Below, piece after piece: positions 1-12,600 of a stretch of 64,000 nucleotides of DNA. Within the stretch, counting starts at the first letter, position 1, and the number at the start of each line of letters is the position of its first letter. Source of the DNA: Candidatus Woesearchaeota archaeon (GTDB lineage: Archaea; Nanobdellota; Nanobdellia; Woesearchaeales; JAZDKJ01). A program made the translations under genes and the position numbers. Under the pieces are notes generated by a model. The model was not told where the DNA came from. It ran no database searches and saw only the letters and a program-made list of their open reading frames with translations. The DNA lies in the NCBI GenBank assembly GCA_043803105.1, contig JAZDKJ010000006.1, positions 96,001 through 160,000 of the forward strand. The letters are read 5' to 3'.

Positions 1-1278
1 GGTTTGATTCAATCCCTTGTTAAGAGCCCGATTGGTTCAGGTATGGTGCAGAACGCTGCCTACAACCGTGGTAATCCCTTCTTCATTGAATTTAGGCCTA
101 TTCTCCACAGCGTCGAAAGGCTCTCTGACGATGAGCTTGCCCGCTACAACAAGTACAACAACCAGATTGATGATGTGGAGTACCAGATTGACCAGATTGA
201 GGAGCATGAGATTGATGTCTTTGATATGAGGCTTGAATTAAAGCTTGCAAAGGATAAGTTGCAGAGCGGTAACTTCAATATGGTAGATATTTATCTTGAG
301 GGCCTTGGCCCTAGGCTGAAGTCAAATTTCGAGAAGTTGGGTGTAACCCCAAAGAAGCGCACCATCAAGATGGTCGACAAGGCAAGCCTTGAGTCTGAGC
401 TTAAGGCTGCCAAGGACGCTCGTGCTGAATACGAAAAAGCAAATAAGAAGGACCAGCCTGTTGAGGCAAAGCCTCAAGGACCCTTGAAGTTTGGCGATGA
501 TGTGCCTCCTGACAAGATCCTCAGGCTGAAGAACGATATGCTTGTTGTCAACCTAAAGGGTTTGATTGACGAGATTGCTGCCTTGAAGCCAGCGTTGTAC
601 GCACAGCAAGTAAATGAGAAGAAGAATGATTTTGCTGATTGGATCGAAAACGTGATTGGCAACAAGAGGCTCGCCAAAAAGGTTAGGGAAACCTTGGGCC
701 AGCAGCAGCTTGTTGCGCTGCTTGATGATGCTTACAAGAAAGAGAAGAGTGGCGTTGTAGAGCCTGAGGAAAAGGAGGAGCCCCAGAAAAAGGAAGAACC
801 TCAAGAGAAAAAGGCAGAGCCTGCAGCGCAAGAGAAAAAGGAGGAGGTCAAGATGCCAGCACAAGCAGTTCTACCTGAGTCAATAAAGGCTCAGATTTCC
901 AAGACTCAATCGTTTATTGACAAGCACGATGTTGATAATGCAACCATTGCGTACAACGAGCTTACTGCGATGTACAGGCAGTTAAACAAAGAGCAGCAGG
1001 CTTTAGCCTCTCAGATGTGCATGGATCTTAGGAACAACCTACAGGAAATCATACGCTTGAGCAGTATGTTCAAGACAGGTTCACAGCAGATTGCTGAAAT
1101 AAATGACCTGCTTGAAAAGGCAGATGCCTTATTGAAATCAGGCCAGCATGCACAGGCTTTCAACACCTATCAGCAGATAATTGCAGAGTATCAGGCATTG
1201 CCTCCTGACCAAAAGCCTCTCGTATTTCAGAAATGTGTTGACCTACATTCGAAACTGTCTAAAAGGGTGGTAGCATGA
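1..1278 (+). CDS. 5'-truncated protein: probable C-terminal part of a HerA/DUF87-like ATPase, then a DUF5752-like domain and helical repeats
   Basis: The frame is open from base 1. The segment LRLKND...QQVNEKKNDFADWIENVIGNKRLAKKV resembles DUF5752. An E/K/P-rich linker and two Y-x2-[IL]-x3-Y-x2-L helical repeats follow. The ATPase call rests only on recalled similarity of the N-terminal YNRGNPFFIEFRP segment; Walker motifs are not in the window. Confidence 0.5.
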   Translation, partial: GLIQSLVKSPIGSGMVQNAAYNRGNPFFIEFRPILHSVERLSDDELARYNKYNNQIDDVEYQIDQIEEHEIDVFDMRLELKLAKDKLQSGNFNMVDIYLEGLGPRLKSNFEKLGVTPKKRTIKMVDKASLESELKAAKDARAEYEKANKKDQPVEAKPQGPLKFGDDVPPDKILRLKNDMLVVNLKGLIDEIAALKPALYAQQVNEKKNDFADWIENVIGNKRLAKKVRETLGQQQLVALLDDAYKKEKSGVVEPEEKEEPQKKEEPQEKKAEPAAQEKKEEVKMPAQAVLPESIKAQISKTQSFIDKHDVDNATIAYNELTAMYRQLNKEQQALASQMCMDLRNNLQEIIRLSSMFKTGSQQIAEINDLLEKADALLKSGQHAQAFNTYQQIIAEYQALPPDQKPLVFQKCVDLHSKLSKRVVA

Positions 1279-1865
1279 TTGAAGCTGCACAAGCAGACGA
1301 GGTTGCAATCTTAAGGGAGCATTTCCGCTTGTTAAGGGAGCGCTTGAGCCAGAACAGGAAGCTCGGTATGGACACAAAGATAGCCGACCTGAAGCTGATG
1401 TCAGTTGCGCCCAAGATTCAGATGGCTGCTATTACCAGCGAGAGGCGTGACCTTGAGGTTGTGCAGAGGCTTCTTTCTGAGATTGAATCTGAGATGAAGC
1501 AGTTAAGGAAAGAGCAGCGATTTGAGGACGTCCTCTCAAAGGTTGCTGTAGAAGAGCGGGAGCGCCTGGATAAGTCAGAATCCCCTGTTGAGTACTTGAA
1601 ATTGAGCCAGGATGAGATTATCGACAAAACCAATAAATTAATAAATCAGGCAATTGAGTTCTTGGACAAGGCAGAGTTCGAAAAGGTTTATCCAATCTAT
1701 GTGGAAATACAAGGCATCTACAAATATCTGCCAAAAGATTTGAAGCAGGAGGTCTTCACGCAGGCAATCCTCATTTATCGTCGCCTGAGGACAAGTGATA
1801 TCTTCAAGAAAAAGTCACGCCTTCAGCTGTTGGTCAAGAAGGTTAAGTGGAGGTTTGGATTGTGA
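1275..1865 (+). CDS. Hypothetical alpha-helical protein
   Basis: 196 aa with an ATGA overlap on the upstream gene. The helical repeat YVEIQGIYKYLPKDLK resembles those in the upstream protein. Confidence 0.8.
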   Translation: MIEAAQADEVAILREHFRLLRERLSQNRKLGMDTKIADLKLMSVAPKIQMAAITSERRDLEVVQRLLSEIESEMKQLRKEQRFEDVLSKVAVEERERLDKSESPVEYLKLSQDEIIDKTNKLINQAIEFLDKAEFEKVYPIYVEIQGIYKYLPKDLKQEVFTQAILIYRRLRTSDIFKKKSRLQLLVKKVKWRFGL

Positions 1866-2911
1866 AGCTCAAGTTTTGGAAGAAGACCGAGGCTGCAGAG
1901 CAGCCAGAGCAGCCAGAGGAGGAAGAACAGGCTGAATCTCAGCCTGATAGCCGGGCTTCCTCAGACCTTCTGGCGGAGTTTAACCGTTTAAGGGTTAAGG
2001 TTGAATCCTTGGATGAGATAAGGAAAGCAAACGCAGAGCGCTTTGCCCACACGAGCGAGCAGATTGGCGAATTGAGAGGCATGATCCTTGACACCAATCG
2101 CACAGTTTCCGGCATCGAGGTCAAGATTACCAAGACAAATGACTTGGTTGAGGCTGTCCAGCCCGACAAGCTGATGGTTGAGGTAAGGAAGACCGATGGC
2201 AAGATCGAGGCTGTGCGGGCAAACATTGAGAGCAATGAGGCATTGTTGAAGACCATGGTTGCTGAACTCAAGGATTTAAGGAACAAGATTTCATTTTTCA
2301 GGGGCCTTGAGCAGATTGTCAAATTGAACGAAGACATAAAGAAAGAGCTGACAGAAATCCAGAAGATAAAGGCCGTGGTTGAGCGTCACGCTGACAAGTC
2401 GGAAACCCTATTCTCAGAGATGCAGAATCGCTTTGCCGACCTTGACAAGTTTTCAGGCCAATTGAAAGACCTAGGTGATAACATCAAGCAGCTTAATGAT
2501 TCAGCAGACAAGCTCAAGGCTCAAACTGCGAAGAAGGCAGAAAAACAGGAGCTCGAACGGCTTGTTAAGAAGTTCAACGAGTTTGAGCTTCATGTTGGAA
2601 ATGTCATTGACCTAATGTCAAAGAAGGCCAAGGAGTTAAATGACCAATTTAAGTCTGACACTGAGAAGTTTCAACAGTTGTTCGATACAGAGCTGAAGCG
2701 CGGCAAGAAGATCATTGACCTTATTGGTGAGCTCTCAAGGGAAAATCCAAATCTTGAGAAAAATCTGCTTGCCGTAGAGGAGATGGAAAAGTCGCAGGAA
2801 GAACAGAAAAAGGCAGAGCAGGTTGTCGCCGATCTGCCTGCAAAAAAGGCATGGTTCACCTGGCCAAAGAAGAAGAAAGAAACAGAAAAGCCAGCGCCCA
2901 AACCTGCTTAA
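1862..2911 (+). CDS. Long coiled-coil protein
   Basis: Heptad-rich, E/K-rich ORF. The start was moved to GTG 1862, which gives a GTGA overlap with the upstream stop and has GGAGG upstream. Confidence 0.8.
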   Translation: MKLKFWKKTEAAEQPEQPEEEEQAESQPDSRASSDLLAEFNRLRVKVESLDEIRKANAERFAHTSEQIGELRGMILDTNRTVSGIEVKITKTNDLVEAVQPDKLMVEVRKTDGKIEAVRANIESNEALLKTMVAELKDLRNKISFFRGLEQIVKLNEDIKKELTEIQKIKAVVERHADKSETLFSEMQNRFADLDKFSGQLKDLGDNIKQLNDSADKLKAQTAKKAEKQELERLVKKFNEFELHVGNVIDLMSKKAKELNDQFKSDTEKFQQLFDTELKRGKKIIDLIGELSRENPNLEKNLLAVEEMEKSQEEQKKAEQVVADLPAKKAWFTWPKKKKETEKPAPKPA

Positions 2912-2932
2912 GCTATTTCTAGAAAGGGTCAC

Positions 2933-2956
2933 TTTTTTTTTCGAAAGATTTATAAA
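2933..2956 (+). promoter_or_regulatory. T-tract (possible terminator) directly followed by BRE+TATA (CGAAAGATTTATAAA)
   Basis: T9 run at 2933-2941. CGAAAG-ATTTATAAA at 2942-2956 matches the archaeal BRE/TATA consensus and the motifs at 21278 and 28060. Confidence 0.6.
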
Positions 2957-3066
2957 TCAATATACTAAAAAAGATATATAAATATAAAAAAAAAGAATAA
3001 TATAATATCAATTTTAATATAATGGCACATATGGATTAAGGGACGTGCTGATCACAGGGACTAAAA

Positions 3067-3627
3067 GTGGCTGCTAGCAAGCTCGAACAGAGGATAGTTG
3101 GGCTGTTTGTTGACGTCAAATCAGCCTTTAGTATTCTTCAGATTGCAAAGATGATGAACACATCCTATCCTCATGTATATAACGCTGTTCAAGGTTTGAT
3201 CGAGCAGGGCATACTCTCAAAGCTCGTTGTTGGCAATGTTCATCTTTGCCAATTGAACCTTGATAATGATCTTACCATAAGCCTGCTGTCGCTTCTCGCC
3301 TTACAAAAAAGAGAGCCGCTAATTCGCAAGCACAAATCTGTTCACCAGTTCCTCGCAAGCCTAAAGCACTCAAATCTGAGGTTTTCCGTTGACTTCTCAT
3401 TCTTCCTCAAGGGTGAATACTATCTTGTGGTGCACGATGCACATGAATGCAAATGGATACAGCAGTCCTTCGGCACAGCAAAGTGCTTGGACTTGGCTAG
3501 CGGCCTTGATCTCTTGGCATTGCATCACACAGAAGCTACTGTCCTACTGGGCTTCGAGCGCTATTATCAGGCCCTTTTCAGCATTTTCGACAGGCTTCAG
3601 GGACCGCTGGAGTTCAAACATGAATAA
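3067..3627 (+). CDS. Winged-helix transcriptional regulator with a C-terminal domain of unknown function
   Basis: The N-terminal FSILQIAKMMNTSYPHVYNAVQGLIEQGILSKLVVG has a wHTH pattern. The gene overlaps the start of the giant protein by 8 nt. Confidence 0.75.
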   Translation: MAASKLEQRIVGLFVDVKSAFSILQIAKMMNTSYPHVYNAVQGLIEQGILSKLVVGNVHLCQLNLDNDLTISLLSLLALQKREPLIRKHKSVHQFLASLKHSNLRFSVDFSFFLKGEYYLVVHDAHECKWIQQSFGTAKCLDLASGLDLLALHHTEATVLLGFERYYQALFSIFDRLQGPLEFKHE

Positions 3628-6600
3628 GGCAATTGTCTTCATTGGTTTGTTTGTAATCCTTGCCGCTCTCTCCTATAGCGAAGAATCCATTTTTACAGAC
3701 AAGTTCGAATATCAAGCTGGAGAAACCGTGAACATCTTTATAGGTGCAAACCTAAGCCCAGCGTTAGAGCTGGACATAATCTTTTCAGGCCAGCTCTTTA
3801 CTTTCAGTAGTACCAACAATTCTCGCTACGCATTTAAGCCCAGGACTGCCGGCGAATATTTTGTTACGCTCGTGAACCTGAGTTCCAACAGGTCTGTTGC
3901 AGTGATCTCATTTAAATTACTTGGTCAATCGCTAAGATGGGTTCGATGCACAGACCATGCGTCCTATAATATTGCTGACCGCGTCTTAATTGCTTTTAAT
4001 TCCTCAATAATAGATCTCAACCTTTCAGTTGGTGATAGAACTTATCAGTTTGCAGGAGACCTGGAAAAGCCTGTAATGTTTCGCCCTTTGTTTCCTGGGG
4101 CCTATTTGGTCCAGGCAACTGATCACACTGGTGAAAGTCTATTCTGCAATTTTTCAGTCTCTGGAAATCAGTCTGTGGTAGGGCCGCAAATTCTGAACAA
4201 TACACATTTTGTTTCCCCACCACGCTTCAAATTGCACGACTCAAGAAAGCATGAGCTTCTTGTACTCAACTATTCGATAAATTCTTCAGAGGCTGTTGTC
4301 TTGCCGCTAAACTCCTTTGCAAAGAAGATTGTTTTTCACGGGCTTCATAACAGCACGAACTTGTCCCTTGGTTTGGATGAGGTGTCTGGTTCCGTGCCCT
4401 CTCCATCAGGTGTTCGTTGGAAGCGCGTTTTTGCCATCGATCCTTCAAATCTAAATTTTACCTCCGCTCTCGTCACGCTCAGGGCACAAGGCAAGGCCCT
4501 ATACAAATGCAGAGAGTGGGACTTCTCTAGACAACAATGCCTAGGTTCATGGGAAAAGGTTAAGGACATAACCCCGGGCATTGACTACAACATTACTCTT
4601 GGTCCAGAAGATCCAGGCTATGCTGAGGCAGAAATCAATATCATAAACGTGCAGAGCTATCCTCAGGTTGGAGGCACATGGACTGTAATGTTCACCACTG
4701 TCGGTTCTGCTGACCTGGTTATTACGCCCATAAATGGAACCACATGGAATGGTCCTGGCCAAGACCTGATGTTTATGGAAATACGGTGTGGCGAATCTCC
4801 GCTTTCTTTTAGCTGGATAAACAACTCAGTTGTTGTCTCAAACTTTTCCTGCAATGATACAGCTTATGAGGTGAGTAAGGTTCTGACTTCAGGCAAGCAC
4901 CTGCTAGAATTTTCTTTTGGTGCCAGCAAGGCTTATGCTAGGAACGCTGCAGGAGATGGTTACCTGATCATGCTCTGGGATAAGGCAACCATTCCAACTA
5001 ACTGGACCTGCATATCCTGTACTTCCACCAGCCCGTTTTATCAGAGGTTGCCACGTGGCAACAGTACCTATGGTGCACCAAGCGGTTCTGCAACTCACAC
5101 CCATGCAGTCTCATTATTGTCTATAAGTTATGCCTCTTCCACTGTTTTTGGTGGCGAGACCAATACGGATGCCACTTCAACAACCCATACTCATGCAGTT
5201 GCATCCCAGACCTCCAGCTCTGCTTCGAGCCTGCCGAGATATCGCAACCTAAAGTTTATTATGTACAACTATAAGGTTCCTAAGACTCTGCCTGCAGGCA
5301 TTATCGGCCTTTTCAACTCTTCTCCACCTGCATTTTGGACTTTGTATTCCAAAGAGGATGGCTACTTTATTATGGGTGAGAACACTACCTCGACAGGAGG
5401 GGCAAACAGCCACAACCACACTGTCTCGTCATTCAGTCTTGACGCGACCGGCGACCTTGCAGGTAGGGTCTGGACAAACCAAGCGGGAGATGATGCTCGC
5501 GCAAATCACCAGCACACTGTAAGTCCTCCAACTTCTCAGAGTGCAAGCACTATGCCACCTTATATTCATGTTATCTTAGCCAATCTTTCAAAGGATTCTC
5601 CTTTGCCAATTGGTTTGATTGGTATGTTTAATGACACCCCATCAGCCTATTGGAGTCTGCTTTCAAGCTTAGGAGGAAAGTTTTCCGGCAAGTTTATTGT
5701 GGGAAATTCCACAGCGTACGGAAAAACCAGTTCTTCGCAATCGCATGCTCATGCAAATTACTTTTTTGCTTCTGGAGCAGCCACAACCAATAGGTTAAGC
5801 AGGTCAAGCGGCACTGTTGTTGCCAGTGATTCTCATACCCACAATGTGACCTTGAGTTTCACTAATGTTACAAATCTGCCGCCATACATCAATGTGATAT
5901 TTTCTTGGTCAAGGGCAGGTTGGGCCTATCCTAACGTGACGCAAATCACACCCGCTCCCGATTATGTGGATTCTGCCACCTCGCCAACAATACAGGTGAA
6001 TTTTACCTGCCGGATTACTGATGACTATGATGCCAAGAACCTTTCCTTGTATCTCACCAACAACAATAACCGGAGCATTAAGCTTAATGAAACATGTCTT
6101 ATCCCTTCTGTTAACGGTAGCTGCTCCTGGATAAAGGGCCTTCGCACAGGTAACTACACCTGGAACTGCGAGGGTTTTGATGAGACTGGTCTTGGCTCCT
6201 TCACCAAGAACAGGACGGTAAGGTTGCTCTGGGCAAACTCAAAGCCGCCCATAATCACAATTACAAGGCCTAAGAACAACACCTTTTCCAAGAATCCGGT
6301 AATCCTGAACCTCACCACTGACGAGGATGCTGTTTGCAGGTACTCAACAACAAGCACGTTTAGCTTTGCCGCAGGCACGCTCTTCTCAAAGACTGGAACA
6401 ACCATTCACGGCACAAACCTTGGAACCCTCTCAAACTCAACAACATATGTCTATTACGTGAAATGTAATGACACAGTCGGAAATGTGAATAATGTCTCAA
6501 ACCAGGCTGCTGTGCAGTTCACTGTGGACAACAAGCCGCCGAGGATTACCCTGAACATTCCTGTAAACGGTTATAACACTACTTCGGAGATAGTCAATTT

Positions 6601-9600
6601 TACCTGGACAACTTATGACGCGCTTGATACGAACATCACCTGCAACCTCACTCTCGACTCTGCTGTCATTTCTGCCTCAAAATACTCTCCAAACAACTCT
6701 AAGACTTCTATCGTCTCCTCTGTGACAGAGAAGATCCATCAATGGAATGTCTCTTGCTGGGATTCTGCAGGTAACCGAAATACAAGCAGCACAAGCATCT
6801 TCACAAGGCGCATTATCAAGGCAGTCCTTAGGGTGCAGACCAGGAACTACACTTACAAGCAGAACAAGGCAGTGAACCTTACCACACGGAAAGTCTATGA
6901 CTCAGGGGACTTGGAGCCATCCACTGTTTTGGTAACTTCATACAACAGGACAGGCACAGTTGAATACAATTTCACAAGTTATTCTGCCAAGGGCCACAGC
7001 GCTTTTTACAGCGATTCCGCAGGCAGCCAGCCTCCTGCTTCCGGTCCTTCAATAAACGGCGAGGCTGTGTTCACAGCAGCAGCTTACAACGCTTTGAATA
7101 AGTCCGATGATTCGCGCGCAGATTTTGGCAACGTGAACGATTTCAGGAGCCATAGGTTTCAATTTCGCATAAATGAAACCTCAGCCATAATGACAAAACT
7201 TGGCTTCTATTACGAGGGCTATGATGCAGGTGGCGATGTCTATCCGCTACAGTTCTTCCTCTGGGATTTTTCACAGCAGAGCTGGGTCTACCTTGGAGAG
7301 CATTTATCCTATACAACAGACGGTATAATCACCGCAACAAAGAGTTCCAGTCTTGCAAGCTATGTAAATTCGAGCCATTACCTGGACATCGCTGTCGTGA
7401 CAGGCAATCCTGGAAGCGCAAAGACTCTCTACACTGATTATGTTTACGTGAACGTTACCAAGCATGACGAGCTGGACGGTGACGCCTCTTCCGGTTTCAC
7501 CAACTACTCAAATGTTATTGCGGGTAACTTTACCAAGTTGCTTGATGCTTATGTGAGGCTCCAGGTTACTGCCTATAACGCATCTGGCTCAAAGAACGCC
7601 TCAAACACATACCCTGATATTGAGATACAGCTTTACGATGGTTCAAAGTTTGGATACTCATACCGCTGCAACCTCACCGGCAGCCTTGGTCTAAGCTCAA
7701 AGCAGCCAACAAACTGCTCAGTGCACGTTGTCAACTCGACTATTGTTACAGCTTGGACAAACTCTTCAAACAGGAGGGTCAGGGTCAGGGCTGTCAACCT
7801 TGACAGTACCACCAAGGCCAGCGACTTGATTAGCTGGAATGGTTTTTTTGTCAGGCTCGAATCTCCATCTGAGCTTCAGAACTACGGAGACCTGAACCTG
7901 ACCGGAAGGCTGATCATTCAAGTCAAGAATTCTACCGGCAGGGTGCTTGGCGTGCTTTATAACCAGTCTATTAAGGTGAGATACAACTCCAGCCTGAATT
8001 TTTCCGGTCTTCCCATATCTTGGAACACTGATTCTTATCCCTTGGGCATGTATAGGGTTTATGCAGGATTGTTCAACGCCTCCAATGGCATGATCCGAAA
8101 CTATGATGGCACCTTTGTCAACGACACCTCACCCTTTGTGATAGATTACCTGAGAATAACTGCGCAGTCCCCAACAAACAGGTCAGTGGTTGATGCAACT
8201 AGCTTTTGGGCAAACTTGACCTTAAGCTACCTGAGCTATAAGAGCGGCGGTTGGTGTGCCTATTCCATGGATAACAAGCCCAATGTTTCCATGCGCAACA
8301 ACTCGGCAACACATTTTTTTAATCGAACCTCAAATATCTCTGTCGGCCAGCACAGCATTCGCTTCTTCTGTAACGATACCCAGAAGGATATCTCCTCATC
8401 ACTGAAGATATATTTCAATGGCACTGACCAGACAGGCCCCCAGGTTCTCCTCACGTCGCCAGCAAATGAAGCCGAGGAGACTGACGGAAACGTTAGCTTC
8501 TTCTACAATGTAACAGACCTTGTGTCAGGGATTAAGAATTGCACCCTGGAATTCAATTTCGCCCCTGAAGCGACAAAGACCAGCATTCAGGAAGCCAAGA
8601 ATCTTAATTTTTCGATGGCAGAGATTCCAAACGGCGGTCCATATTACTGGCGCGTGTACTGCTATGACAATTCTCCCGCCAGAAACATCGGTTACTCATC
8701 ATATAGGAGTTTCATCATTGGAACTGATACAGATAAGCCAGTTGTCACCCTGAGCGACCCTGTGGACGGCTACAACACCTCCAATAATGACTTACCCCTC
8801 ATATACAGGGTGTATGACCCCACCACAGGAATCAAGAACTGCACCCTTGTGCTCAACAACAAGAAGAACGAAACAAGGACAAACATAATCCAGCAGGGCT
8901 TCCCATACAAATACAACAACTTTACTCTCCAGAACCTTGGTGACGGAAATTACACCTGGAGTGTGAACTGCACTGATACATCTTCTGCCCATAACCAGGG
9001 CAATTCCTCAACATGGCGTTTTACCGTGAACCGTGACACAGACTTTCCAATTGTTTACCTGGTCTTGCCAGCGGATAATTATACATCCAGTTCAGGCGCC
9101 ATGGACTTTTATTTTAATGTAACAGACTTTTCATCAGGAATTGCAAACTGCAGCCTGCTGATTAATGGGACAGTCAACTCAACTATCGACAATGTTACCG
9201 AAGGAATCCTGCAGCATTTGTATGTTCCGGGCTTTAAGGACGGAAGCTACGTTTGGCAGGTGAACTGCACTGACGATTCTTATGATACCAACACTAATAC
9301 CTCTGCGCACCTTCACTTCAATGTTGAGCGTCTCATGAATATGCGGCTCATTATGACAGCTTTCATGGCTGAGTACCAAAAAGGTAGCCAATTGAACGAG
9401 ACTGTGAACATTACTGCCCTTCTCTACGACCTTGTGGGTTACCCCCTAAGCGGCATGGTGGATTCTGATTTCATCAAGGCAAATACATCTGTCAAGTGGT
9501 GGAATTCTTCCTGGCAGCGCAGAAAGCCCATATACCTGAACAACTCTGTGCCATACAACAAGCCGAATTATCTCGTTGAAGTGAACATCACAGGCTTATC

Positions 9601-12600
9601 GAGCTTTATCCGTAACTGCACAAAGGAGATAAGGATTGTTGACATACATAATATAGAGGTGCCAAGCCAGGTTATTTCAGGCAATGACCTGACCTGGTGC
9701 TCAGTTGCTTTCAAGGCAAATGTTTCTGCCAGCGCAGTAAATGAGAACAGGTATTTTGCCTACCATAATTACACCTTGGCTACAAAGCCAAGCTACAAGA
9801 CCATTGCCCTGAAGGGTTGGCGAACCTACAACTTTTCCAATCGTGCCGTATTTGGCCACCATGCTTACAACAGCAACAATCCTTCGGATGGTGGCCCGCA
9901 GCCACCGAATATTGGGCCTGCCTTGAACAATGAAGTCGAATTTACCCCTCAGCAGTATTCAGACGTGCAGTTCTCTGACAATTCAAGGGCTACCTCAGGT
10001 ACTGTAAACACTGAGCGCAGCCATCGTTTTGTCTTCAACATCTCAGCCAATGCCTCAGACGCAGATTCCATAACCTTTGTCTGGGAGGGTTATACCACAG
10101 GCTCTGGCCCTAGCGTTGTTCTTTACCTTTGGAATTATTCCAGCTCTGCCTGGGTTCAATTTGGCACTCATAGCATTACCTCTGATAGGAACCTTTCCAA
10201 CTCTCTTAACGGCACTTCCCTTTCTTCTTTCGTGCATAACAATCTTTTGCATATTGCTGCAGTCTCTGATGACCCCTCAAATGCTCAGACCTTGTACACT
10301 GATTTTGTGCAGGCAAAAGTGCTAACAAATACAGTCACGAACAACTCCAAGGTCGGTTCAACTGAAGTATTTGTCGCAAGGCTTGCGAACAGCACAGGTT
10401 CAGATGGCATCCTCAAGATGAACCTCAGCACTGATTTCATGGAACTAGGATTCTTCAGCGTTGTCGGCTTGGCATCAACCTCAAGCTATTTCAACACCAC
10501 AAACCACACGCATTACACGGTTGCGATTGACCACACCAGCCCCCAGGTGTTGCTGAAAAAGCCGATAGACCTTAATATTAGCTACGTAAGCGACATCTCT
10601 CTTTTCTTCAATGTCACAGACCTGCTTTCAGGGATAAAGAACTGCTCTCTTATACTGAACAACAAGGTTAACCTGACCAACACCACAGTCTCTGAAGGCT
10701 CAACAATTGGATTCTCGCTCTATAATCTTGCAAACGGTGATTATAATTGGACTGTCAATTGCACTGATGATTCATCGCTGCAGAACCGAGGTACTGCTGC
10801 AAAGCGCAAGTTCACAATCGCAAAGGATACGGTTGCTCCAATTGCTAGTCTCAAGAATCCAAGCCCTGGTTGGACTGATGCAAACGGCAACATTACGCTT
10901 TTCTTCAATGTTACAGACAACCTGATGCCGACTGCTGATTGTACGCTGTATTTCAACAGCTCAAGAAACGAGACCAAGCAGGGCCTGCAGACCGGTGCGC
11001 ACACGCATAACTTCACCCTGACCGGTTTGAATAACGGCTTTTATTCATGGTTTGTTAACTGTTCCGATACATCATCCCAGCGAAATTATGCCTCTTCCCA
11101 AACCTGGAACTTCTCGGTGACTATTGACTTTGCCACTCCACTCATTAAACTCAGGTTTCCCCACAATGCGACCCAGCTGACAAACGAGAACATAACCTTT
11201 GCTTACAATGTGACTGACGCCCTCTTTAACGTCTCCAACTGCTCGCTTTACCTTAATGGAGAGCTGGACCAGACCAATATTACCATTAAGGAGCTTGCAA
11301 ATAACACCTTCCGTTACTTTTACATGGCTGGCCCATACAACTGGTCTGTCTATTGCATTGACAGTTCAGAGAATGCCAATGCTGTGATGTCTGACATTTG
11401 GGAGTTTCTTGTAGCGCCAGACAACGATGGCCCTCTGGTGAATCCTGTTTTCCCACCTGACAGTATTGAGCTTAGCGAGGGGAACATAACATTCTATTAC
11501 AATGTCTCTGATTTTGCCTCAGATGTTGAGAACTGCAGCCTGTTCATAAATCAAACAGGGATGGCATTCTCTTCAAACATTGCTGAGGGCATAAAGCAGA
11601 ACCTCAGCGTTGTCCTGCAGAACGGCAGCTATTATTGGATTGTTAACTGCACTGACAATTCGGAGAATCACAATACTGGCGCGTCGGCCGCAAGAAAGCT
11701 CACCATCGGCCTTGACCGCACCGGCCCTACTGTAACCTTGTTAAGCCCTGTTCCTCCTTACAATGACACTGATGGCAACGTGCTCTTGCAGTATAGCGTT
11801 ATCGACTATGCCTCAGGGGTAAGGAATTGCAGTCTTTTCATCAACGACAAGGTGAATGCCACCAACTCAACAATAGCTGAATCTGAGAATCTCCATTTCA
11901 GGCTAAGCACGCTCTCAAACGGCTTCTATACATGGCATATGAACTGCACCGACACATCCTCTCTCGCGAACACCGGAAAATCGCTGAAGTGGAATTTTAC
12001 CGTGACCCTGGACAACGAAGGCCCAGCCGTCAACCTTGTCTTGCCTGATGATTATGCTACAGACACTGACGGCAATAGGATTTTCTACTACTCTGTGGAT
12101 GATGTTATATCAGGCATAGTCAATTGCAGTTTAGTCATCAACAATAAACTAAACCTAACCAACAGTTCCCGCATAATCGAAAATGCTTTGTCGAACTTCA
12201 CCATCACTGGCCTCGGTACTGGCCAGTACAATTGGTCTGTGAACTGTACAGACAATTCTGACAATCATAATCGCAAAGGTGCACAGACTCGCCATCTGAC
12301 AGTTGTGGTTGATGCGACAGCACCGGTTGTTGAACTCATTTCGCCTTCAGACCTCACTGCTGACAATGACGGCAATCGCACCTTCTACTTCAATGTGACT
12401 GACTCTTTGACCAATGTCTCTTCCTGCACGCTGCATGTTGGTCCGTATACTTATATCAACACCTCACTGCTCCAAGGGCTAACCCAATCATTCAAGCTCT
12501 CCGCAATGTCTAACGGTGTCTATCGCTGGAACATTTCTTGTGTTGACAGCTCAGAAAACCAAAATAACGGGATTTCAGGGTCGCGTACCTTGACTGTCAG

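Noticed and set aside
2942-3030. Very AT-rich tract as a replication origin
   Set aside because: No ORB-like repeats or cdc6/orc1 nearby; it is adequately explained as a terminator plus promoter region.
3389-3619. ORF-track N-terminal extension of giant protein 1
   Set aside because: It overlaps the wHTH gene in another frame, and the signal peptide begins at ATG 3620.
4955-5910. Prophage or tailocin locus suggested by tail-fibre motifs
   Set aside because: The motifs are internal to a signal-peptide-bearing cellular protein, and no capsid, terminase, sheath, baseplate or integrase genes are present.
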